This document shows positions 40,936-50,720 of a stretch of 56,131 nt of DNA, in pieces. This DNA comes from an uncultured Clostridium sp. (GTDB lineage: Bacteria > Bacillota > Clostridia > TANB77 > CAG-508). The position numbers and the translations under genes are program-made. Below the pieces are notes generated by a model. That model was not told where the DNA came from, did no database searches, and saw only the letters and a program-made list of their open reading frames with translations. Location of the stretch: positions 1 through 56,131 of the forward strand of contig CASVZF010000005.1 of the NCBI GenBank assembly GCA_949467015.1, given 5' to 3'. Within the stretch, counting starts at the first letter, position 1. Each line of letters starts with the position of its first letter.

Positions 40936-42718
40936 CTACTTTATTTTTGCTAATCTAATAATAATATTACTTAGCTCTTTTTCCAATTCTTTTCTCCTGT
41001 CCACTTCTAACTCAGTTTCTAGCAATTCGATAATTTGAATTTTTCTTTCATTTAATTTGTCTTTCTTATAGCTTTGCATAATATCATCGATTGCCTTTTC
41101 AACATTATCTATCTCATAATCATCCGCTAAAATTGCAGTTGTATGATTTTGTTCTTCCTCACTTAAATTATCCAAAATTCCATTAATATTACTATTTCCT
41201 TTTTCAAATTCTTCATACAACTTTTTAGCAATTTGATGATTTAATTCGTCCTTAAAATCTTCTATTGTAATGTTTTGCTTTATAATTTGAAAAACGTTTA
41301 AATCCCCCATTAATAAAATAGCAAGTATCGTATTTTCTCTTCTTTTAACAGATTCTGGAACTGCCGTTTCTTCTATTTTTTTATGTCTTATTATTGGTTT
41401 TTCTTTTTCCAAGACCTTTTCGCTTTTATTTCCTTGATAAGTTAATTTATTAACTTCTGCATAAATAGCCTCTTTTGAAATTTCATATTCCTTTGAAATT
41501 TTTTCAATATATACTTCTCTTTCTATTGTATTATCTACTTTAGAAATTAATTTTGCTATTTCCTTTAAAAATTTTATTTTATCGTTTGTGCTATCTAAAT
41601 TTAAATTTTGTTTCAGAACTTTTACCTTAAATTCAATAACAGAAAGCGCTTTATCAATTAAAGTCTGAAATCTTGCATTTCCATATTTTATGATAAATTC
41701 ATCTGGATCCTTTGCACCCTCCATCTGTAAAACTCTAATGTCACACCCCATATTTTGTAAAATGTCTAATGCTCTTATTTTAGCTGTAAGTCCTGCCTCA
41801 TCTGAATCAAAACTTAAAATAATTTGCTCTGAATTTTTTCTAAGTAGCCATCCTTGCTGTTGTGTTAAGGCTGTACCGAAGTGGTGCAACAACATTTGTT
41901 ATTCCTCTTTGATGCAAAGAAATAACGTCCATATATCCTTCTACAATTAAAAGCTTTTTTATATCACCTTTTTTCGCTACATTTAACCCAAATAAATTTC
42001 TTCCTTTGCTATAAATAATATTTTCTGGTGAATTAATATATTTTGGTTTGGAATCATCTAAAACTCTTCCACCAAAAGCAATAACTCGTCCTCTTGCATC
42101 ACAAATAGGAAACATCAATCTATTTCGATATCGGTCGATATATTTACCATTGTCATTTTTATTTACTAAACCAGATTCCAAAATTTCTAAATCTTGAAAT
42201 CCTTCTTTTTTTAAAGCTTGATATAATTCATCAAACTTTCCTGAAAATCCAAGTCTAAAAGATTTTAAAGTTTCATTACTTAGTTTTCTCTTTTTTATAT
42301 AATCTTGTGCTATTTTTGACTCTGGTTTATATAAATTTTTATGATAATAAGCTGCTGTAAACTCATTTACCTTCCATACTTTTGCTTTTAATTCTTCTTT
42401 TGCAGTATCCACATTATTTTCAAGCGTTGGCAATTGTATATTGGATCTTTCAGCTAATGTTTGAACAGCCTCTACAAAATTAATTCCTTCTATTTTGCTT
42501 AAAAATGTAAATACATTTCCTCCTACGCCACATCCAAAACAATGAAAGATCTGTTTATCTGGTGAAACAGAAAAAGAAGGTGATTTTTCATTATGAAATG
42601 GACATAGTCCAAAGAAATTTCTTCCGCTTCTTTTTAAATGCACATATTGTGATATGATATCTACAATATCATTTGTTTGTCTTACTTCTTCTATGATTTC
42701 ATCACTATATCTCGGCAT
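40936..42718 (-). CDS. dnaG: DNA primase (593 aa), +1 frameshift at CGG codon 281
   Basis: Zn finger [25 protein letters not shown], then VVAPL|GTALT and FDSDEAG in the +1 frame. Span is 1783 nt = 3n+1. Confidence 0.93.
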
Positions 42719-43002
42719 TTTTCCCTCACTTTCTTTCTAGTTTTTCAAATAAACATGCATACTTATTTTATTCGACGTGTTTTACATAAATCCTTCTTCT
42801 TTATCATTTTTTTACTCATTTTCTTTTGGTTCAACAAAATTGCCATGATAATATATTGAAACCTTTAGCTTACTAACAGGATGTCTTTTTGCTAGTATAG
42901 TAAATTTTTATTTATACCATTTTCATGGATTTAAAATATTTCTATAACATAAATAAAGAATCAAATAAAATAAATATTTGATTCCTTATATACATATGTT
43001 TC

Positions 43003-43674
43003 TTAATTGTTTAATACTACCATTTTATTATCCAATTTATTTATCATTTTTGCACAATTAATCCATTCTTTAGAATCTTTCTTTTTTACCTTTCCTTTTG
43101 CTTTATATTTCATTTCATGTTCTAAACTAGACCAAAAATCCATTGCCATTGTTCGAATTTGTAGTTCTACTTTTACATAAATAATTTGTCCAGATAATAC
43201 AATAGGAACATGTAATATCATATGATAAGCAGAATATCCACTCTTTTTTGGATGATTTACATAGTCTTTTTCTCTAACTATATTAATTTCTGGTAATTCT
43301 GCTATTGACTTCCTAATTGAAAATATATCTTTTTTTAATGGGCATATTACTCTTATTCCAGCTATATCATTAACATTTTTTATCATATCTTCATAAGTTA
43401 ATTTACATTCTTTTTTCTTCATTTTATTAACAATACTTTCCGGTTCCTTTATTCTAGTATTTATATGATCAATTAAATGGTAATCATAGAAAACTTCAAA
43501 TTCTTGCTTAATAATTTCTAGCTTTGTACTTAATTCCTTTAATGCTATTTCATAAATAAACATTAGTTTTGGGAAAATTTTATCATTGGTTTTTATTTTC
43601 TGTTCATAATCTAAAAAATCTTTCATTTCTATTAGATTCATACTTTTTTCTTTTTGTAAATTCATATGACTCAC
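43003..43674 (-). CDS. Small alarmone synthetase (RelP/RelQ-like)
   Basis: RIKEPESI..K, DIAGIRVIC, KDYV..PKKSGY.AYH, ELQIRTMAMDFWSSLEH. Confidence 0.92.
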   Translation of the reverse strand: MSHMNLQKEKSMNLIEMKDFLDYEQKIKTNDKIFPKLMFIYEIALKELSTKLEIIKQEFEVFYDYHLIDHINTRIKEPESIVNKMKKKECKLTYEDMIKNVNDIAGIRVICPLKKDIFSIRKSIAELPEINIVREKDYVNHPKKSGYSAYHMILHVPIVLSGQIIYVKVELQIRTMAMDFWSSLEHEMKYKAKGKVKKKDSKEWINCAKMINKLDNKMVVLNN

Positions 43675-43790
43675 TCCTTTAATATATCTTGTTTATCATA
43701 TCAGTAGTATATTATCCTTCCATTGTTTCTAATTAGTATTTTATCTGTGTTTTTTGTGTGAAAAAAATGGCTAGATTATACGCTAGCCAT

Positions 43791-45077
43791 TTATATTTCT
43801 TTAAACTTTTTTATCAATTCTTTCATTGTAACAACTTGTTTTTCTCCTGTTTTCGTATTTTCAAGTTCTAGATTTTCACCTTCTGTTTTATCTCCTAAAA
43901 CAACTAAATATGGAGTTCCAAGTACCTTACAATCTTTTATTTTTGCCCCAATGTTTAAATTTTCTCTATCATCTAATATGCTATCGATTCCTTCTTGTTG
44001 CAATTTTAAATATAGTTCACTTGCCATTTTTACTTTTTCCTCATTGTCCATTTTTGGTACAATTTGAACTTTATAAGGAGCAATTTGCTCTGGTAAAGAA
44101 AATCCGCATGGTCCCCATTTGCTATCATTTATTAAACATTGTTCATATAAAGCTGCTACTGTTCTACTAACACCAATTCCATAGCATCCCATGTAATACA
44201 AAGCTTCTTTTCCATCTTTATCCGTATATTTTCCATTCATCATTTCAGAATATCTTGTTCCTAATTGGAATATATGTCCTAATTCCATGGTTCTAATTTC
44301 TTTAAAGTTTGAAATATCTTTTATTCCATACTCATCTTCTAAATATTGTTCATAGTTTTCTTTTTCTAATATCTCTGTATTTAAACCAATTCCAGCTTTC
44401 TCGTCATATAAAATTTTATCTTCTCCTTGTTCAGAAATTAACATAAATTCTTCTGATTTCTTTCCTCCCATTGCCCCATTGTCTGCTACAATTGGAATTA
44501 CTTTCATTCCTATTTTTTCAAATATCTCTAAAAATGCATTTCTGATATTTTCATAAGATTTAGCCATTCCCTCTTCATTCATATCAAAACTATAGGCATC
44601 TAGCATTGGAAAGGATTTGCCCCTTAGTAGGTATCCTCTTGTTCTGATTTCATTTCTATATTTTTCTCCAATTTGATAATAGGTTACTGGTAAGTTTTTA
44701 TATGATTTTAATTTTTCACGTAAGAATTCTAACATAGCTTCTTCACCTGTTGGTGCTAAGCAAAAAGTACCTTTGTTTGATTCTGTAATTAACATCGTTC
44801 CATCCTTTACGTAATGATCATATCTCCCTGAATTTTTCCATAATGTATCTGGTTGTAAAGTTGGAAGTAATACCTCCATACAACCATATTTATTCAAAGT
44901 TTCTACTATAATTTGTTCTACTTTTCTTCTTACTAATAATGGCACGGTATTATATCCAAATAATCCCGCTCCATATTGTACTAATTGCCCTGTTTGTAAT
45001 AATATGCTTTGACCTGGATACATCTCATCTATATTATTTAATTTTACAGTTCCCATCCCTGTTTGTGATAATTTCAT
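43791..45077 (-). CDS. proS: Prolyl-tRNA synthetase (short form, no full editing domain)
   Basis: LAPTGEE, KYRNEIR.R..LLR, ELGHIFQLG, MGCYGIGVSR, LDDR; likely start MKLSQ at 45077. Confidence 0.93.
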   Translation of the reverse strand: MKLSQTGMGTVKLNNIDEMYPGQSILLQTGQLVQYGAGLFGYNTVPLLVRRKVEQIIVETLNKYGCMEVLLPTLQPDTLWKNSGRYDHYVKDGTMLITESNKGTFCLAPTGEEAMLEFLREKLKSYKNLPVTYYQIGEKYRNEIRTRGYLLRGKSFPMLDAYSFDMNEEGMAKSYENIRNAFLEIFEKIGMKVIPIVADNGAMGGKKSEEFMLISEQGEDKILYDEKAGIGLNTEILEKENYEQYLEDEYGIKDISNFKEIRTMELGHIFQLGTRYSEMMNGKYTDKDGKEALYYMGCYGIGVSRTVAALYEQCLINDSKWGPCGFSLPEQIAPYKVQIVPKMDNEEKVKMASELYLKLQQEGIDSILDDRENLNIGAKIKDCKVLGTPYLVVLGDKTEGENLELENTKTGEKQVVTMKELIKKFKEI

Positions 45078-45112
45078 ATTAATCCTTCTTTCTTTTAAAT
45101 TTCCATATCGCC

Positions 45113-45730
45113 TCATTCTTCATCGCTTTTATTGGTATCATTTTTTATAGAGGTTTCTGGATTCTCTTCTTTTGCTTCTATTAAATCGTCCATCACTATT
45201 TGCTTATTTTCGTCTAATTTGTATCTTGGTAATTCAGGTAAATCCTCTAAAGAAGAATAACCAAACATTCTTAAAAATTCATTTGTCGTTTTATATGACA
45301 TTGGTTTTCCTGGTAAATCAATTTTTCCAGCTTCTTCAATTAGCCCATATTCTAATAATTTATAGACACAAGCATCTGCCGAAACCCCTCTAATTGCTTC
45401 TATCTCTGCCCTTGTAATTTTAGGATTATAAGCTATAATAGATAAAGTCTCTAAAGCCGCATTTGATAAATTCGGTTTATTTCTTTTGTCTAATACAGGA
45501 TATATATATTGATATAATTCTTTTTTCGTACATAATTGATAGGAATCCTCCACTTTAATTAATTCAATTCCTCTGTTTTCATTTTTATATTCTTCTTGCA
45601 TATTTTGTATCATGTTTTCAACATCTTCTTCCGATATTTCTAAAGCTAAGACCATCTCATTCTTGGTAACTGGTCTTCCTGCTGCAAAAAGAATCGCTTC
45701 TATAATTGATTTTTTTTGATTTATTTCCAT
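45113..45730 (-). CDS. scpB: SMC-Scp complex subunit B
   Basis: IEAILFAAG, LSNAALETLSIIAY, EIEAIRGV, FLRMFG. Confidence 0.95.
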   Translation of the reverse strand: MEINQKKSIIEAILFAAGRPVTKNEMVLALEISEEDVENMIQNMQEEYKNENRGIELIKVEDSYQLCTKKELYQYIYPVLDKRNKPNLSNAALETLSIIAYNPKITRAEIEAIRGVSADACVYKLLEYGLIEEAGKIDLPGKPMSYKTTNEFLRMFGYSSLEDLPELPRYKLDENKQIVMDDLIEAKEENPETSIKNDTNKSDEE

Positions 45731-45908
45731 TTTTTCTCTTCCTTAATTAAAATAGCAGTCTTTTTATTATATTTCAATAACTTTTTATCTTTTATATTAT
45801 GCCATGAAAAGGTTAATCTGTCAATATTTTTTAAATGATGTGTTGTTTTCCTTGCACTTTTTATTTTTATATGATAAGATAATCCAAATTAGTTTCGGAG
45901 GTAAATTT

Positions 45909-46094
45909 ATGGAGGAAAAGAAAAATATAGAAGTTGTTTCTGGTGATGGTTCCAATTTAGATATTTCTCCTGTTTATGATCATATCAATGTTTCTAAGCC
46001 ACAGTCTTCAGATAAAAAACCAAAAAACGTTATCATTCCAGAAGAAAACTCTAAAAAAGAAAAACTAACTAAAAAAGAAAATAAAGAAGAATAG
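45909..46094 (+). CDS. Small hydrophilic hypothetical protein
   Basis: RBS GGAGG then MEEKKNIEVVSGDGSNLDISPVYDH... Confidence 0.7.
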   Translation: MEEKKNIEVVSGDGSNLDISPVYDHINVSKPQSSDKKPKNVIIPEENSKKEKLTKKENKEE

Positions 46095-46256
46095 TATTTT
46101 CAATTTCTATTGGGAATACTATTCTTCTAGTTTTTACAATTAATGTTCAGGATAGCAGATTGAAATTTTTTGAAAATTATGGTATAATTATTATGTTACC
46201 ATTGTGTTATTTATTTAACTAAAATAAGTTAAATTTAAAAAGGAGGTTAATTAATA

Positions 46257-46586
46257 ATGGCTAACAACACAAGCGAACGAGTTCAACAACTCAAGAAGAA
46301 CTTCATGAAACATCGTATAGACGAAGGAAAAACAATTAAAGAAATATCTGAGATTTACAATGTTTCTACACGGCACATTTATTTGCGTTTGCAAGAAATT
46401 GCAAATGAAAATAATGTCACTAGAGAGAGTTTGTTAACAACTCCCCATCGTGAACATCCAAGAAGATCTTCTAGTACGACTGAACAAGTAAATCCACAGG
46501 AAATAAGACAAGAATTTGATACTATGATATCAAATGCAAAAGTTCTTATTGAAAAAATTGATTCTATATTACAGGAGGAAGAATAA
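46257..46586 (+). CDS. Hypothetical HTH-type protein
   Basis: RBS AAGGAGG; KTIKEISEIYNVSTRHIY helix-turn-helix pattern; TTGAAA-N17-TATAAT promoter upstream. Confidence 0.7.
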   Translation: MANNTSERVQQLKKNFMKHRIDEGKTIKEISEIYNVSTRHIYLRLQEIANENNVTRESLLTTPHREHPRRSSSTTEQVNPQEIRQEFDTMISNAKVLIEKIDSILQEEE

Positions 46587-47432
46587 ATGGCAATATTATC
46601 AAGAATCGATGGAAAATATATGGAAGAAAAACTAAAAAGAGGTTATGGTACATCGAACTTTCTAAAAAACCTCAACATTACCGAAGAAGAATTTTTTAAT
46701 TATCTGAAAAAAAACTTCTCTTCTAAAGCTTACGCTTCCATGTGTAAGCGAATAAAGAATAATGATAAAAAATTAAAAAGTTCTAGACGCACATCTGTGC
46801 CAATAGATAATGTTGAAACTTCATCAGCTACTATACTAGCTACTGAAACAGATAATAAAGTTGAAAACAACATTTCGTATCTTGATACGTTAAAGAATAA
46901 GGAATCTACCCTTAGCACTATCATCTGTTCAGAAGAAGCAGAACACGCTCAACTAATTAGTAGAAGAGCTACCCTAAAGTCTCAATTTCAAAAGCAACAA
47001 GTTCAATTGCTTGAAATAACTCACACACTTGAATCTCTAAAAAATGATTTTGAAACAACTCTTTCTGAATGGGAAAAACTTGGCTCAGATATGTATTCTC
47101 TTACTAAATCGATTTCTAAAAAGAAATCCACATTAGCGGACATTCGAAATGAAATCATTATGCTTCAAAAAATTTCAATATTCGTTTATGTAAATGGAGA
47201 AATTGAATTTGAGAATGTAGGTAATTTTGATACAACAACAGATTCTTCAAGTGAATCAGAACTTTTCAACCAATTGATTCAAAATAAAGTTGTTGAGAGC
47301 TTGACAATTAAAAGCATTCGACAACTTGCAAAACTTATTCTTATTGTTCAAAAAATCAATGCTGAACATATTAGCTTTGAATTGACATTTGAGGATAGTT
47401 CCGTACAGGAGGTGTTTAACTCTATTAATTAA
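46587..47432 (+). CDS. Hypothetical coiled-coil protein
   Basis: Abuts the upstream gene; heptad-rich centre; followed by terminator 47437..47463. Confidence 0.7.
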   Translation: MAILSRIDGKYMEEKLKRGYGTSNFLKNLNITEEEFFNYLKKNFSSKAYASMCKRIKNNDKKLKSSRRTSVPIDNVETSSATILATETDNKVENNISYLDTLKNKESTLSTIICSEEAEHAQLISRRATLKSQFQKQQVQLLEITHTLESLKNDFETTLSEWEKLGSDMYSLTKSISKKKSTLADIRNEIIMLQKISIFVYVNGEIEFENVGNFDTTTDSSSESELFNQLIQNKVVESLTIKSIRQLAKLILIVQKINAEHISFELTFEDSSVQEVFNSIN

Positions 47433-47547
47433 CCTAGGAGGACAAGAAAAATTCTTGTCCTCTTTAACCATTTTAATTAACTTTTTTCTAATATATCTTT
47501 GCGAAATTTTTATTATTAGCCTAATTGTTCAATTCAACTAATTTCTC

Positions 47548-47576
47548 TTGACATTCTCTCCTTTTCGTCATATACT
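47548..47576 (+). promoter_or_regulatory. SigA promoter of the por operon
   Basis: TTGACA-N17-TATACT. Confidence 0.75.
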
Positions 47577-47616
47577 AAACTCATAAAAAACAAGGAAAAA
47601 GGAGGCAATTATAAAT

Positions 47617-48195
47617 ATGAATGACATGATAGAAATTAGATGGCATGGTAGAGGTGGCCAAGGAGCTAAAACCGCATCTTTATTACTTGCTGATGCTGCT
47701 TTCAACACAGGAAAATATATTCAAGGTTTTCCTGAATATGGTCCTGAAAGAATGGGAGCTCCTATTACTGCTTATAACAGAATTAGTAATGCTCCTATTA
47801 CGATTCACAGCAATATCTATGAACCAGACTATGTAGTCGTAGTAGATGATACTCTTTTGGAGTCTGTTAATGTAACAGCTGGTTTAAAAGAAACTGGAGC
47901 CATTGTGATCAACACGACGAAAAGTGCAGATTACTTAAAAAGTGTCTTAAAAGGATACAAAGGTAATATTTATACAATTGATGCTAGAAAAATATCAGAA
48001 GAAGCTTTAGGTAGATATTTTCCCAATACACCAATGTTAGCTGCTATCGTTAAAGTAAGTGGCATTATGTCTGATGAAGCTTTATTAGAAGATATGAAAG
48101 GCTCTTTTAAACATAAATTTGCAAAAAAGCCAGAAGTAATTGATGGGAATATGAAGGCTTTAGAAATGGCTTTAAAGGAGGTTAAAAAGATATGA
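47617..48195 (+). CDS. porC: Pyruvate:ferredoxin oxidoreductase gamma subunit
   Basis: EIRWHGRGGQGAKTA, PEYGPERMGAP. Confidence 0.92.
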   Translation: MNDMIEIRWHGRGGQGAKTASLLLADAAFNTGKYIQGFPEYGPERMGAPITAYNRISNAPITIHSNIYEPDYVVVVDDTLLESVNVTAGLKETGAIVINTTKSADYLKSVLKGYKGNIYTIDARKISEEALGRYFPNTPMLAAIVKVSGIMSDEALLEDMKGSFKHKFAKKPEVIDGNMKALEMALKEVKKI

Positions 48196-48482
48196 CAAAT
48201 ATAGATCCTAATACACCAATGGAGAAAATGACTCCTGGTGGCGATATTTACCAAGCTGGAAATGCAAAAGAATTTAAAACTGGAGATTGGAGAAGTGTAA
48301 AACCAATATTCTTAAGCGATAAATGTAAACAATGTGGTTTATGTTTTCCAGTTTGCCCTGATGATGCAATACCAGTAAATTCTGATTTTAAAAGAGAAGA
48401 TTTTAATTATGACTATTGCAAAGGATGTGGCGTTTGTGCAAAAACCTGTCCTTTTGGTGCAATAGAAATGAAAGAAGAATAG
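48192..48482 (+). CDS. porD: Pyruvate:ferredoxin oxidoreductase delta subunit (2x[4Fe-4S])
   Basis: TGDWR, CKQCGLC..CP, CKGCGVC..CP. Confidence 0.92.
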   Translation: MTNIDPNTPMEKMTPGGDIYQAGNAKEFKTGDWRSVKPIFLSDKCKQCGLCFPVCPDDAIPVNSDFKREDFNYDYCKGCGVCAKTCPFGAIEMKEE

Positions 48483-48493
48483 GAGGAAAAAAC

Positions 48494-49687
48494 ATGAGTA
48501 TACGAGAAAGATTAAGTGGTAATGAAGCAGCTGCAACTGCTATGAAACAAATTAACCCTGACGTCGTAGCCGCATTTCCCATTACTCCATCAACAGAAAT
48601 ACCACAATACTTTTCAACATTTGTAGCAAATGGAACCGTTGATACAGAATTTGTTGCTGTTGAAAGTGAACATAGTGCAATGAGTGCCTGTATTGGTGCA
48701 GAAGCTGCAGGTGCAAGAGCTATGACGGCGACCTCTGCAAATGGTCTATCTTTAATGTGGGAAATGATATACATTGCCTCTAGTTTAAGATTACCTATCG
48801 TTTTATCTTTAGTAAATAGAGCTGTATCTGGCCCATTAAATATTCATAATGATCATTCTGATGCTATGGGAGTAAGAGATGCCGGATGGATTATGCTATT
48901 TTCGGAAAATAATCAAGAAGCATATGATAATACTTTAATGGCTCATCGAATCGCAGAACATAAAGACGTTATGCTACCTTTAATGGTATGTCAGGATGGA
49001 TTCATTACTTCACATTCTATTGAAAATATTGAATTAGAAGAAGATGATAAAGTTAAAAACTTTGTAGGAGAATATCATCCAGGACATTATTTACTAAATC
49101 AAAAAGAGCCAATTGCTGTCGGCCCTTTAGATGTTCAAAGCTATTTATTTGAACACAAAGCACAGCAAGCAGAAGCTATGAAAAACGCTAAAAAAGTCAT
49201 TCTAGAAGTAGCAAAAGATTTTGAAAAAATGACAGGAAGAAAATATGGATTTTTCGAAGAATATCAATTAGAAGATGCTGAAGTTGCTGTTGTATGTATG
49301 AACTCAACAGCAGGAACTACAAAGTTCGTTGTAGACAAATTAAGAAGTCAAGGAATAAAAGCAGGATTATTAAAAATCCGTGTATTTAGGCCTTTCCCTG
49401 TAGAAGAAGTGGCAAATGCATTAAGTCATTTAAAAGCTATTGCTATTTTTGATAAATCCGATTCTTTAAATGCTGCTGGTGGTGCTTTATTTGAAGATGT
49501 AACATCTGCTATGTATATAAATGAGAAGCACGTACCTGCCGTAAATTATGTTTATGGTATAGGCGGTAGAGATACCAAAGCGGACGATATTGAATCTGTT
49601 TACATGGATTTATTAGAAATCGCAAAAACTCGTAAAATTGATAATCCTTATCGTTATTTCGGATTAAGAAAGGAAGGTGACTTATAA
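48494..49687 (+). CDS. porA: Pyruvate:ferredoxin oxidoreductase alpha subunit
   Basis: Start MSIRE after AGGAGG; FPITPST, ESEHSA, YGIGGRD. Confidence 0.92.
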   Translation: MSIRERLSGNEAAATAMKQINPDVVAAFPITPSTEIPQYFSTFVANGTVDTEFVAVESEHSAMSACIGAEAAGARAMTATSANGLSLMWEMIYIASSLRLPIVLSLVNRAVSGPLNIHNDHSDAMGVRDAGWIMLFSENNQEAYDNTLMAHRIAEHKDVMLPLMVCQDGFITSHSIENIELEEDDKVKNFVGEYHPGHYLLNQKEPIAVGPLDVQSYLFEHKAQQAEAMKNAKKVILEVAKDFEKMTGRKYGFFEEYQLEDAEVAVVCMNSTAGTTKFVVDKLRSQGIKAGLLKIRVFRPFPVEEVANALSHLKAIAIFDKSDSLNAAGGALFEDVTSAMYINEKHVPAVNYVYGIGGRDTKADDIESVYMDLLEIAKTRKIDNPYRYFGLRKEGDL

Positions 49688-50634
49688 TGCCTTATAATGT
49701 AAAAGAAGTAGTAGCTAATAAACCTTCAAGATTTACATCAGGTCATAGAATGTGTGCTGGTTGTGGAGCTCCTCCAGCTGCTAGAATGATTATGAGAGCC
49801 TTAAAGCCAGAAGATCATGCAGTAGTTGCTGGTGCAACAGGATGTATGGAAGTTTCCACCTTCATTTATCCCTATACGGCTTGGACAGATTCTTTTATCC
49901 ATACAGCATTTGAATGTGCAGCTGCCACTTTATCAGGAGCAGAAGCTGCTTATCAGTCCTTAAAGAAACAAGGCAAAATAGATAACACCACTAAATTCAT
50001 TGCTTTTGGTGGAGATGGTGGAACTTATGATATTGGTATCCAAAGCTTATCTGGAGCAATGGAACGTGGACACGATATGGTATATGTATGTTATGATAAC
50101 GGTGCCTATATGAATACAGGTATTCAACGTTCTTCTGCTACACCAAAATTTGCTGATACCACAACATCACCTGCTGGAAAAGTGATTCCAGGAAAAATGC
50201 AATCCAGAAAAGATTTAACTAAAATAATGGTAGGACATCACCTACCTTATGTAGCTCAAACAGTTGGATATATGAACTTTAAAGATATGTACGAAAAAGC
50301 TGAAAAAGCAATCTATACAGAAGGACCAACATTCTTAAATGTTATGGCACCATGTCCTAGAGGATGGGGTTATCCAACAGATATGTTAATGCAAATTAAC
50401 AAATTAGCTGTTGAGACATGTTATTGGCCATTATATGAAGTAATTGATGGAAAATACAAAGTAAATTATAAACCAGCTAAAAAATTACCGATTGAAGAAT
50501 TTCTAAAACCACAAAAAAGATTTAGACATATGTTTAAACCAGGTAATGAATGGATGATAGAAGAATTTCAAAAAGAAGTTGATACCAGATGGCAAGAATT
50601 ATTAGATTTAGAAGAAATGACAAATAAAGAATAG
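49687..50634 (+). CDS. porB: Pyruvate:ferredoxin oxidoreductase beta subunit
   Basis: GHRMCAGCG, GGDGG...YDN TPP motif, YMNTGIQRS, PCPRGW. Confidence 0.92.
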   Translation: MPYNVKEVVANKPSRFTSGHRMCAGCGAPPAARMIMRALKPEDHAVVAGATGCMEVSTFIYPYTAWTDSFIHTAFECAAATLSGAEAAYQSLKKQGKIDNTTKFIAFGGDGGTYDIGIQSLSGAMERGHDMVYVCYDNGAYMNTGIQRSSATPKFADTTTSPAGKVIPGKMQSRKDLTKIMVGHHLPYVAQTVGYMNFKDMYEKAEKAIYTEGPTFLNVMAPCPRGWGYPTDMLMQINKLAVETCYWPLYEVIDGKYKVNYKPAKKLPIEEFLKPQKRFRHMFKPGNEWMIEEFQKEVDTRWQELLDLEEMTNKE

Positions 50635-50720
50635 AATAAAAAGAGTTGCATGATTATACGTCATCTGCAACTCTTTTTTTATCCTGCATAAAAATTTCTT
50701 AAATCTCTTGGCAATTTTCA

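Noticed and set aside
40936-41895. Tracked ORFs 40936..41895 and 22902..23258 as independent genes
   Set aside because: Their first residues (MLLHHF, MRGSR) are non-homologous and lack an RBS. They are the +1-frame halves of dnaG and the Ham1 gene.
18229-42718. Interpreting the four split genes as ordinary pseudogenes or homopolymer sequencing errors
   Set aside because: All four share the same codon, phase and restored residue, none is in a long homopolymer, no secondary lesions are present, and dnaG is essential. An artefact is disfavoured but cannot be excluded without reads.
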